This document shows positions 1 through 12,323 of a stretch of 64,000 bases of DNA, piece after piece. Below the pieces are notes generated by a model, which was not told the origin of the DNA, did not search any database, and saw nothing but the letters and a program-made list of their open reading frames with translations. The DNA lies in the NCBI RefSeq assembly GCF_963921235.1, contig NC_086104.1:134230001-134294000 (forward strand), read 5' to 3'. The DNA is from Mobula hypostoma (lineage: Eukaryota). The position numbers and the translations under genes are program-made. The stretch's first letter is position 1. Each line of letters opens with the position of its first letter.

Positions 1-340
1 GCACCAATCCATAGAGGAAAGTAATTAGGTCAAGTTGCTCTGTAGCATCACCATCGGAATTTCCGACTGCCGAAATGATAATGAGTGTCAACGTTGATCC
101 CGAACAGAGGCGAAGAATAATGAGTTACTGATATCGATATTAAACAAACGAATGCGAGCTTGTGTATTCCCCGCAGATTCGGATCAGGACGAAACATATT
201 GATGGTTAGTTTGCGAAACATTAAGCCAGAACAAAGAGCCTGAGAGCAAAGAAATCATCGCAAAGGAATGAAACGTGGCAATAAATTTGAGAAACGAGGC
301 AAAAATATAAATAGGCTTTGCAAACAAATATCATTTGCAA

Positions 341-466
341 ATTACTGAAGGGATTCGGCTGGAAACGTCGACTGTAATATTTCACATAGATGCTGTATGG
401 CCTGTTGATTCCAACAATTTGTGTGTGTTGCTTGGTTTTCTAGTATCTGCAGATTTTCTTTTGTTT
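341..466 (+). mobile_element. Degenerate Penelope-like terminal-repeat (pLTR) fragment with decayed hammerhead motif
   Basis: tactgaagggattcggctggaaacgtcgactgt...atagatgctg...tgtgtgttgct...atctgcaga is similar to the reverse complement of the 25243 and 26909 copies. Confidence 0.65.
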
Positions 467-1223
467 GTCAATTCAATAGCAAATTCATGCGGAATAAAGC
501 GAAAAAAAAGAGAAGTCTACTGAATGCAGGGCAATGGGGTGGAGATATATCTTTAGCAAATGCGATGTAGGACGTTTTTCTCTCAACTAACTTGTGTTTC
601 ACCGTTGGGCAAGACGTAGAATGTGATTATCCGCCACTACCCTCACCACCACCCCACCCTCCCCCGGGTTAGGGGCACATGAAAGCATGGGAGCTCGTGG
701 TCGATGGTCTTATCTTAAATTCATGTCATGCTACAAAAAAGCATAATTTCTAGAATACCGAATAATCAACATTGATAATGTGCAAGTAACATTATATTCC
801 AAAGTAACACTCTAGAAGACATGGTCCTGAGTACACGTATTTTCAATAGAGATATCGATGCACATTGAGTAGCTGGTGTCGAAGTCAGTGGATACGCCTG
901 TATAACATTCCAATAAAACAATAGCTTTGTTTGTTAGGAGAAGGTGGTGTAGTGAATATGATTACCTCTTTAGGACTGGGAGCCAAGAGAAAAGAGAGCA
1001 AAGATGGACGGACAATGGTATCTATAGCAGTATGTAACGTGAAACACTTGGAGAATAATGAGCAGAGTCACTTTAAGCTGTTCAAAGTAACGGCACACTT
1101 GATAAGTTGATGTAAGAACTTTGCGGATTTGGGTATGTCAGTAGAATGGAAGAATGGTGATAGATGATAAAAGTATATTTAAGCTAATGAAAACGTTATG
1201 ATAAAGACGCATGGACGGTCTTG

Positions 1224-1316
1224 GCAACGCACACAACACGCTTGAGGAACTCAGCAGGTCGGGCAGCATCCGTGGAAACGATGAGTTGACATTTCGGGCC
1301 GGCACCCTTCATCATC
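1224..1316 (-). mobile_element. Penelope-like pLTR fragment with mutated hammerhead core
   Basis: gaggaactcagcaggtcgggcagcatc...gttgacatttcgggccggcacccttcatca; minus strand reads aTGATGA-agggtgccggccc-GAAAtgtc. Confidence 0.7.
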
Positions 1317-1849
1317 TTGCTGACATCTTAGAACTGATGAATCTGAAAATAATAGACAGACACGGATGAAGAAGATAACTAAAAGTGTACATATAGAGGA
1401 ATATACGTTTGGTTCACTCTTCTATTGGCAGCCGTTCTAATAAAGCATCACAATAGTCGTGCCTGAGAGCCAATTATGACACCCTCCACAATCATTGCTT
1501 CAGAAAATGAACTAAAGGCAATTTTTCCAATCTTTGCTATTGCACCAAACCAGTGTGGTGCGTCCAGTGAAGTTCCTGAGCACTACTAGCGGTTAATGAA
1601 TAGGTAACAACATTGCCGTTGAAATATGATGCTGGACATGAGATGTTCTGTTTCAGTAGGAATGAACATAAATATTGCTGTGTAATGTACCATCGCAGTT
1701 CCATATACATATCAAAGTTCATCACTCTTACCTATAATAGTCCCTGAATTAAAATATACCCACCAAACTATCTGACTCAGCAAACCCGTTATTTTGAGTT
1801 TGTCCTTCAATACTTCAGACATCGACCTTCATTTCTCAACTTTCAATAG

Positions 1850-2760
1850 CTGACCTGGGACTCTGGTTCCTAGTCCCCATCAAAACTAGTTTAAACTCTG
1901 CCGAGTAGAATCGGCAAATCTCCCATTCAGATTAGCTGCAAATCGTCTCTCTTGTACAGATCTCATCTTCCCTATGAAAGGTTCAATGATACACGAAATT
2001 GAAATCCTGCCCCCTGCACCTTCTCCGCAACCAATCATTCAGCTGTGTTACTATCCCATTCGTAACTCCACTAGCAATGGCGCAGGGAGTAATCCAGTGA
2101 TTAGAACTTTGGAGATCCGTCACTTCTGTCCTAACTTTTTAATCTCTCTGCATAGGGCCACTTCCTCTTTTCTGTCTATGTCATTGGTGACAATATGCTC
2201 TTACTACCCCCTTCCCCTGCATGGGAACGTACTTCATCTGTTCTGATACATCAGGAGCCCTAGAAGTTGGGAGGCAATGCCCTATTATGGTGTCTTTTTT
2301 GCCGCCACAAAATCTAATTTCTGTCTCACTAATTATCGAATTCCCTATAACTACCAGACTGCCTGACTATACCCTTCGCTGTCGAGCTCAGAGCCGGCCA
2401 CTGTGACAAAATATGACGGGTTATACCACCTATCAGTATCGAAAAGTGGTAACATGTGCCTGATGGGAACAATCACAAGGGACCCAGCCCTGACTTCTTA
2501 TTCCCCTCACCTCTTCTTTTCGTCGTCCTTCTATTGTGCGGCGCCTGTAGTCTCTGCGAGACCATCTCTCCAAAAATATCGTCCATAATTTCTTCAGCCT
2601 GAGTGCATACAATTGCAATTCCAACTGCTTCACTCGGCCAGTCAGGCTTTGAAGTTGGGTACACTTTCCCCAAATGTAGTCATCAGGTAAAAAGTCGGTT
2701 ATCCTGAATTCCCACATCTGTCAAGAGGAGTATTCCATCCTCACCTCTAAGTACGAGAAA
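1850..2760 (-). mobile_element. Degraded CR1 LINE 5' region (ORF1 zinc-finger/zipper and esterase remnant)
   Basis: ORF 2433..2717 MWEFRITDFLPDDYIWGKCTQLQSLTGRVKQLELQL matches the ORF1 start of the CR1 at ~48300-48500. Confidence 0.75.
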
Positions 2761-3344
2761 AAAATAAAATAAAAAAATCTTACCTCTTCTTACCTCTGCT
2801 TCCGCTAGTGCAAGCAAACGCTTTTTTGAGCCAATGCCTCGAAACTGTTGACAGACAACTCCGACAATGGCCGCATCGCGTGAGCTGACCTTTCATTTCT
2901 TTACCGCTGAGGATATACCTCTTGCATCAACATATTCAGCGCCACTGAAATGCAAAATGATTCCTTGCACGAATCTGCGAATGCTATCCTTTTTCCCGAT
3001 CTCCGTAGAGCTCGGATACGACATATGCTCCTGTAGCAGTTGCCGCCGAAAAAAAAATGAAATGGTCATTTTTTTTTATTTTGTATTGACTAAATCACCA
3101 GATTCTAATCTGGATCTCAGCACATTTTCACAACGCTTAAAATGTATGTATTGAAGACAAATGTTCGCGGCTTTCCAGGCTGACAGCATGGCCGCATTGC
3201 ACTTTTCAACGTGTTATCTTTCGCAGAACGCTACTAAACAGATACAATTGAAAGAAGGTGAATACTCAAACAACTTATCCTGTTTATCAGTTTACTCTGG
3301 TGTTAATGAAAGTAATTAACTGCCTTCAATTATTATTAAAACAG

Positions 3345-3659
3345 GGAAGGACGGACCACGACTTGTTGGCGGGGAGAGCAGATGCTCTGGCCGTGTGGAA
3401 GTTCTACACGGCGACCAGTGGGGTACACTTTGCGATGAATACTTCAACCTGGAAGACGCAGCCGTTGTCTGTGAACAGCTGCAGTGCGGTGCTGTAAATG
3501 ACACTCCTATCGGTGCTCACTTTGGCAAAGGAAACGGGCCGATGTGGAAGGACAACTACCGCTGTCTGGGAAAAGAGTCCCGATTAGCTGACTGTCCGGT
3601 CTCAGCCTGGGGTCAGAATAGCTGTTCTCATGGAAATGACGCTGGGCTCCGCTGCACTG
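3345..3659 (+). CDS. SRCR exon A (8-Cys group B domain)
   Basis: aaaacag|GG AAG GAC GGA CCA CGA CTT...TGC ACT G|gtgagt; 315 nt; GKDGPRLVGGESRCSGRVEVLHGDQWGTLCDEYFNLEDAAVVCEQLQCG...YRCLGKESRLADCPVSAWGQNSCSHGNDAGLRCT. Confidence 0.95.
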
Positions 3660-6600
3660 GTGAGTCGCAAATAATGTGGAATTGAAAGAAACTAATATTT
3701 GACCGTAGACTGTTACGGCAAGACGCTTTAATCTTCAGACTTAGCGATATTATATTTGCCACTAATGACTCGTGTTATGGATTGTAAAAGATTATAAAAG
3801 GTAATATGAAATTAAGGACCTCATATTAAATTGGATATGCAAGGCTAATATTTGGCATTATTCTGTGTTTCTTTTTGCTGTTACTGGCGAAAGCGAGATA
3901 ACAAATTCTTTCCACATGATGGTAAAACCCTCCTATTTCGATATATGAAAGAAAGTAAAGAGAGACTTCCGAATGGTCCCGTTTGTGCCAACTTAGAGCA
4001 TAGAAATCTACAGCACATCACAAGACCCCAAGCCCACAACGTTGTGCCGAACATGTAAACTACTCTCGAAACAGCCTAGGATTTCCCTAGCGCATTGCCT
4101 CTATCTTTTTTTCTAAGCTTCATGTACCAATCTAAAAAAGCTCTTAAAAGACCCTATTGATTCCGCTTCCACCTACGCCGGCGGCGCTGAATTCCATGCA
4201 CCCACCACACTCTGTGTGCACAAAAAGTACTGCTGATAGCCCATCAGTACCTATTTCCAAGCACCTTAAAACTATGCCCTCTTGTGTAAGCAAACTGAGC
4301 CAAGGAAAAAGCCCTTGGCTTTCCATAGGATCAATGCCCTTCAGCACCTTATACACCTCTATCAGGTCCCCTCAAGTCCCCCGTCGCTCCAAGGAGAAAA
4401 AGGCCAAGTTCTCATATAGTACGCCCTCCAATCCAGACAACATCGTTGTAAACCTACTCTGCACTATCTCAATAGTATCCACAATACCTCCTTTTGAGAG
4501 GTGACCCGCGCTGATCATGCTACGTCAAATGAAATCTGACCAAGTTCTCATATGGCTGTGATATTACGTCACGGCTCTTAATCCCACGGTTTATGAACGG
4601 AAACACACCATACGCCTTCTTAGCAGACTGTAAAACTCCGCAGCAGCATTCAGGTTCCTATGGAAACGGACCCCAAGATCTTTTAGACCGTCCACACAAC
4701 CAAGGTTTTTACCATTAATATTACATTCTCCTTCAATTTTGACCAACTAAAATGAACCACTTCACACTTATCTCGGTTGAACTCCATCTGCCGTTTCTCA
4801 GCCCTGTTTTGTATTTTATCGATCTCCCACTGTACCCCCTGACAACCGTCCAGATTACCTACAAAACCCCTAACGTTTGTATCATTAGCAAACTCACGAA
4901 CCTACCCTTCTGCTTCTTCATCTAGGTCATTCATAAAAATCACAAAGAGGACGGGTCGCAGAATATATCCCTGCGAACACCACTTGTCACCGAAATCCAC
5001 ATCAAATGCCTCACTGAATGCCATAAGGGCGGTGGCTGGCAACGGACCCAAGTACAAGACACAGACGCTGAAGTACTAGGGACAGGATTAGGATACAGGG
5101 CGATGGCAAGGACATAGACAGGAAAACCAGGAACCGGAACAATACTGGACATAAGAGCTAGGAGCCCGGGCTTGGACTCCGAGCCAGAGACTTGACAAGG
5201 ACCCAGTACCTGGGTCTTGCCTCTGGCTCGGACCTCAGAACTACGCAAGGACGAGGCTTGACAGGCAGGCAGGACGAGGCTGGAGTCTTCAGGCTAGAAG
5301 CTAGAGGCTAGAGACTTGGCTTGGCTTGGCAGGAGGCTCGAGGCTAGAGACTGGAGTCTACAGATTCGATGCTAGGCAAGAGGCGAGGCGAGGCTTGGCA
5401 TGAGGCTGGAGACTTGAGACTTGAGACTAGAGGCGAGGCTGGAGGCTTCAGACTTGAGGCGAGGCTAGAGGCTGGAAGCTGGAGACTGGAGACTGGAGAC
5501 TGGAGACGTGGCGAGACTGGAGACATGAGGCGAGGCGAGGCTGGAGGCTGGATATTTGAGGCGAGGCGAGGCTAGAGGCTGGAGACTTGAGGCGAGGCGA
5601 GGCTGGAGGCTGGAAGCAGGAGTCTTGAGACGATGCAAGGCTGGAAACAGGAGACTTGAGCCTTGAGGCGAGGCTTGGCTCCTCCTGGGCAGGTCCCGGA
5701 TCACCTGGGCAGGGCACGGATCACCACCCGACAGAGGCAAGGGACAGGAAGAGACAGAACCAACCCCAGGTAACGACAAGACGGCCTGGCTTACCTGGGC
5801 TTAGTCAAAGGACAGGAAGGTCAGAACCAACCCCAGGTAACGGCAAGACGGCGTGGCTTAACTGGGCGGAGGCAAGGGACAGGAAAGGAGCTAGGCACAT
5901 GGTGGCTCCAGGACCAGACAGCAAGACAAGGCAAGGTTACTGGCAAAGCAAGGCAAGACGAGACAGGGATTCTGGCGAGGAACAGAAGGCAGGGGAAGGG
6001 ACACAAGGAGTAAGGACAAGAACAATCCAGCAACCACGCCCTGGTCTCTGGAGGTATTTATGCAGCCAGCCCCAACTAGCATCAGCCGCCTCAATTAGCT
6101 CAACAACGACAGAAACAGGGTAGATAGGAAAACCTGGAGCAAGGGTCGATGGACCGGACCGTGAACCGGAATACGGACTTCACGGACCGGACTTTGACAC
6201 TGAAATCCATAGACATTACATCCACTGCTCTACCTTCATCAATGTGTTTTCTTATATCCTCAAGGAATTCAGTAGATTCAGAAGGCACGAAATACCCTTG
6301 ACAAAGCTATGCTAATCACCCCTAATCAGATTATGTTTTCTCCACGTGCTCGTAAATCCCGCTTCTCATGATCTTCTCCAAAACTTCTCCACAATTGAAG
6401 TAGGATTCATTGGTCAATAATTCCTTGGTTCTCTCTTCTCCCTTTGTTGAACAAGGGAACAACGTTTTAAAACCTGAAATGCACTGGCACTTCTCTCGTC
6501 CCTATTGGTGACGCAAAGTGGCTCAGCATTTTCCTCCCCAGGTTCCCACAGTAGCCTAAGTATATCCAATCCGTTCCATCTAACTTAATGTTTTTCAAAA

Positions 6601-9600
6601 GTCCAGCACACCCTCGTTCTTAATACCTATATGATCCAACGTTCCAGTGTGCTGTACGTCATCCCAACAACTACCATTTTTTTTCCCCGGTGAATGCTGA
6701 AGCAAAGCTTTCATTAAGTACCTTAGCTACCTCCTTTGAGTCGATGCGCACGTTTCCATTATCGCACCTGAGTTGTCCTATTCTCACACGGCTCACTCAC
6801 TTGCTCTTCACATACTTGAATGCATTGAGGTTTTCCTTAATCCTGTTCACCCTTTCTGGCTCTCCTAATTCCATTCATAATCTCCCTCCTTGCCACCTTG
6901 TAATGTTCTTGAACCCTGATGGATACCTTGTTTCTTGAAGCTTTCGTAGGTTATTTTCTCTTTTTTTATTGTATTTTCTACATCCTTTTGTATTCCAAAA
7001 TTCTTCAAACTTACTTTCCTTCCCTCAACGAATGCAGCATACCTATGCAGAACTCCAAGCAAATGTCTTCTTTTCTTCCTAGCATTTCCCTCAGAACATC
7101 TGCTCCTAATTTATCCTCACAAGTTCATACCTAACAGCTTTACATTTCCCGCTACCTGAACTGAATATTTCCCAAAATTGTCTGCTCCTATCCCTCTCCA
7201 GACCTATGGTGAAGGAGATATATTGTGGTCACTACCTCCAAATTGCTCTCACACCGAGAGAGCTGACTCCTGATCAGGTTTCATTCCCAATATCATATTA
7301 AGTACAGCCTCTAAATAATGTTATCTACATATCCTACCGAAAAACCTTACCGAACACACCCGATAAACTGTACCCTATCTGAGCACCTTCTGATATCGAG
7401 ATGCCTATCAATATTTGGAAAGATAAAATCTCCCATCACAACAACCCTATTATTATTATTGCACCGTTGCATAATCGGCCTCCACAGCTTCCCATCGATA
7501 TCCCAGTTACTCTCGGTAAACACCCAGTAGTGTTATTGCCTCGTTCCCGTTTCGGACTTCCAGATTGGCGCTAGCCAGGTGTAAGGGTCTATGATACATA
7601 GAGGTTTGATCAATACTTCCAATAGCTGAAAATAAAACTTTATCTATACGCCTCATATTTACCGTCTACGTTACTGAGACGAGGCTCAGAATTTGCTCAT
7701 TTAACTGTAATATTTATGATAAAACATACTAAATTGCTTGTCTCCTAAGTAGCATGTGGGAAATTAATGTACCAATCAACCATTTCAGCTAATTGCTGAA
7801 AATGCATGCTATATTTTGGCCTCCTAATAACCGGTTACCAAACTTATTCTATGTTATAGATGAAGTATTGTCTCTGAGATTAACCGATGGGTTAAGCCGA
7901 TGCGACGGCCGTGTGGAGGTTTATGATGGCGGTACCTGGAACATAATGCAGGATAAAGTATGGAACATTAATGACGCAAATGTTGTCTGCAGACAACTGC
8001 GTTGTGGCAACGCTACATTCGCCTACAACTCCTCCAAACTGATAGACAGCGTATGGCCCGTGAAGGTTATTGACGTTCAATGTGAAGGAAGCGAGTTGCA
8101 CCTCCGCAATTGCAGAAAGTCGATGATGAACCGGTCTTTTTCTGACATCACCGGCGTTGGTGTTCTGTGCTCAGGTGAATAATGTTAAAAAGGTTGAAAT
8201 GGGAATTTGTAAACTGGCATGACCATCGTTGTTTTGTCGTGTATCGAGTAATTTAGAGTCACTGACACATGCAAATTGATATCTGATAATCAAAGCCCCT
8301 TTGGCAGGATTTTCATATTAAGCTACACTCATCCCATGGTTCCGCAGCTCTGTCTCGGAGACTCTACAACTTATTCTGATACCAATGGAATTTACAGTCC
8401 GCAATTCATCTGCCACTTTTCCTATGTAGGGGAGGTGACTGAAAAGATGAATACAGAGGAATACCATGTCTACTCATCTCTCCTTCACATAGCTACTAAA
8501 GCAAGGTGATTTCCATTTATTGCAAACGTCCAGCGTGGCGACAAACCCATTTAAACATCTTATTTTATGGCACACTTTTCAAATGATTTTCATTATAGGA
8601 TGAGGAAATGAAAACAAAAATCACACATTGGAGTGGAAGGAGGAAATCGAGCATTTAAGTGAGGAAGGAACATAATCTGTGAAGAGTAATTTACGAGGAG
8701 CTGATTAGAGGAAGGGGATATAGTCAAATTAAATAAATAAATAAACAAACAAACAAACAAACAAATAAATAAATAAATGTTAATTCCACAACATGTGGTG
8801 CAACTTGCGATTGTTAAAATTCCTGTTTAGACAAGTCCATGTCTGAGTACATTTTTACATATCAATATGTCACTAAAGCAATCAAGCCTATAAGATAGCA
8901 GTATTCAGCAAGTATGCAAAGTTCGCACAACACATTAATTAACTATGTGACCAACACAGATGATTTGATTTGAATTGGGCTAAGTTCTGAAGAGGACTAC
9001 AGAGCCTACATCGAATGTGCAAATCCAGCTGAGTTAGGATTAGTTGGTGTGGGTCACACTAATCTCAGATCTCTATCGAAACCTATACGTGGCCTATTGG
9101 CAGAAGATGGGCCTCAAGCCACAAAGAATGTACTCTTCCTTTCCATTTTGTGCAGCCTTTAGTGTGTTTGTCATGATAAAGGAGTGATCCAGTATTTAAT
9201 CGCGGCAAAGTGCTCCATATTGAGGCGGCCAGAACTCAGACAAACCTAGGAACCTACTTCTCAGATGAGAAACTGTGTTTGACAATGTGATCCTGGCGGG
9301 CATCCCATGGCCAAAGAATTATGCTTCCAGCACATCCCATCATGGAAGGCACCAGACGTACCTGTGTCCATGACAGGCATAAAGATGGAATGACAGACCA
9401 GCGTTCAAATGTACACCAGACACTACTATGATTCCTCAGCTGGAAACAGACTTCAAGACTCGTGGCGTTTATTCAGTAGTTTTGGTTTCTTGAAAGAATA
9501 GCAACTTCAGAATTTCGACGACATCATTCGACAGATATTTTAAAAGTATAATTTCAAGGGCAACAGCAGAAATGATAACTGTGTGTTGCATTTTGTCTGA

Positions 9601-12292
9601 ACTGAGTGATTAACTTCCGATATTATTGATCCTCAGGCCATTTGCAAATTCGACTGTCCGGAAGTGAAGATCCGTGTGCGGGTCGTCTTGAGTTTTATTA
9701 CAATGGCACTTGGGGCACGGTTTGTGATGACTCCTGGGATCTGGATGACGCTAACGTTGTCTGCAGGCAACTAAGTTGCGGATATGCTTTGGAGGATAAA
9801 ACTCGCCGTTATTGCGGAGAAAGAACTGCTCCAGTTTGGCTGGATGAACTGAGATGTTCGGGTAACGAGACATATCTCTGGGACTGTCCCTCAGCACCAT
9901 GGGGCAAAACTGATTGCAGTCATAAAGAAGATGTGACAGTTACGTGTTCTGGTAAGGGTAATTTCAATTTTTGATTATATGCTGTAATCAGTGGTCGCAG
10001 AGATGTAATAAAATATTTGAAGCACCGAAGGAGATAATTGGGCACAAATGATCTGTGTAAACTGCATAAGTGTTCACCAACTCAACAACAACAGGCTCAT
10101 TCCATGTGAATATCTACCCATGGCGCCCCAATCGATTTTACAGATTTATGGATGTTGTCCAAATTTCCTGAAACATATCTTGGAAAACTCATGGTTTTGC
10201 TGCACAGTGACTCGCTTACTTTCGTAACATTTAGTTGAAAAGCCAATAAACAGGAGAAGCACATTCTGCTCCATATGATTCAAATATCTTCGTATTGTAT
10301 CGATTGTATTCCCTCAAATTTAAACTCGTTTCTTTCAGGGAACGGCACTGGCCCTTTTTTTTATATATAACTCACGATTTGCATAAACTTTCATTACAGG
10401 TTTCCGATAACAACAGCTCATCTCTACTTTTCGTGTTAAAATAAACACGGATTGAAATTTGCAATCTCCGACTTGCAGCATTATCACCTCAAACAATTCT
10501 TCTATTTTTCCCGTTACTAGTGTTCGAACGTTCACCGCCTCGATTTTTGACGTAACTCTAAATAATGTTACATATCAAACCCGAAGGATCAATCGTCCGT
10601 ACGAAAATAAAGTCAAGTTTATTCCGGAATGAATTATACTTAATTATGTTGAATTATGTTCTCCTTTCCATCTTGAATTTTCTTTTGTGAAATGTCTCCG
10701 CAACTCCCTACCTGATTGAACAAAGTGCTTTGAAAACAATCAGGTGAAATTACTCTTGCAACCCAACATAACTTAATCATTCGAAAAGACACGGACAACA
10801 GGAAATTAGCAAGATTTTAGTCGCAACTCAAGAGGATGTGGGATTTGCCGAACAAAGTGGCTAATTGTGATAGGGCTTTGTTCTGTATTTCGAGTATTAT
10901 CGATGATCAGAATAAACTGCCATGTTAGCAAAATATGCTGTTCATTGTCGACCCCAAGTCATGGAGACACGGCCACATTAAACAAATAAAAAAGAAACAT
11001 AAAACGCAGCAAAATTCTGAACATATTAAGAGACAGAACCGTTAAAGTCTGATACAGGCAGACAGAATAACAAAAATAGCTAACGATAGAAAATAGAAGA
11101 TTCACTCTGCAATATTTAGTGTGCCCAGAGGAAAAAAAAATCACTTAACTAAAGGCAGACTAGGCATAGTATAGGGAATGAAATTTCCTTGAAGCTGGAA
11201 TCTCGTTTGATATCAACCTTGGCAAAATCAGAATACAGATATCCTTTGTGCTGTCAAGCATTTTATGGATTTCAGCATTGGAAAGCCTACAATAAATCCT
11301 GCAATATATTTGAATCAAGAACGTAAGTAAAGATGTAACCCAACTGGAAATAATATGTTACGATTAGGCTGATAGAATAGCTTAAAGTAATACTGTAGTC
11401 TCTCATTTATTTGTGCCATATAGTACCATCAGCCCATATTTATTCGGTTGGGTCTCAATAATAGACCAGCAACCATGGACAAGCGATCCCCATAAAATCG
11501 CTGAAAGGCAATTGCTTCTCATTGATCGAATGCAGAAGAGATCACCGTTTATATCCGTCCATTTATTATCTGCAGCAATGTTCACATTTCTGCTCAAGGT
11601 CAGAGGAATAACATTGTTTCCTTGCTCCACATCATTGATAGCACTAAGCCTCGCATTCAGTCATTTACCATTGTATTTTCGTGAACCGCAACAAGATTGC
11701 AGATTTAGGTATATATTTTTCTACAGCACAATTTGCTCCCATCACTTTCTGCCCTGTTTTCAGAAATTCAATAGAATATCTACTTTGCGTTTCCGAGTGT
11801 GCTTATCCCTGCTCATCTACTGCTCCCTACCGAGGGGTTGCAATGATATATGCATTTCTTTTTTATGTTGTGTATCGCCGGACGTTTTGTGTTCTGAGAA
11901 AGAGTCGTTTGCTGTTGCAAGGAAATGTTCCAACGGCTTTTGTATCGGATGTTTCTTTTCAGAGTATAAGCAAATGCGCCTAGAGGACGGCAAGAATCCA
12001 TGTGAGGGGAGAGTAGAGGTCTGGTACAATGGGACCTGGGGAACAGTCTGCTCCACGAAATTTGATGCCAAGTCTGCGGAAGTGATCTGTAAACAAATGA
12101 AATGTGGACCCATGAAATCTATTTATCCTGGCTCCTATCAATACGGAATAGGACTTGGGCCCATATTGTTAGATGAGATCGAATGTACTTCACACGAGTC
12201 GACCCTTTGGCAGTGTCATTCACAACCGTGGGGAAAACACAGCTGTGACCATTCTTATGATGCAGGTGTTAAATGTCAAGGTACTTAATAAA

Positions 12293-12323
<31 letters not shown>

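Larger units (their letters stand above)
3993..7560 (-). mobile_element. Degraded CR1 LINE ORF2, split by a solo LTR
   Basis: ORF 4144..4356 (YKVLKGID...LFP) and ORF 6100..6288 (EFLEDIRKHIDEGRAVDVMSMDFS). The CR1 sequence is continuous across the LTR insertion. Confidence 0.85.

Noticed and set aside
5270-5780. Repetitive ORFs and an array that superficially resembles CRISPR or a repeat protein
   Set aside because: There are no unique spacers; it is a degenerate minisatellite inside a TSD-flanked solo LTR.
9170-9480. Possible remnant of a Penelope GIY-YIG endonuclease
   Set aside because: The similarity is only impressionistic and no clean motif could be read.
11413-11962. N-terminal ~180 aa of the 291-aa ORF fused to an SRCR domain
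   Set aside because: It is intron read-through upstream of the clear acceptor at 11962 and has no protein-like features.
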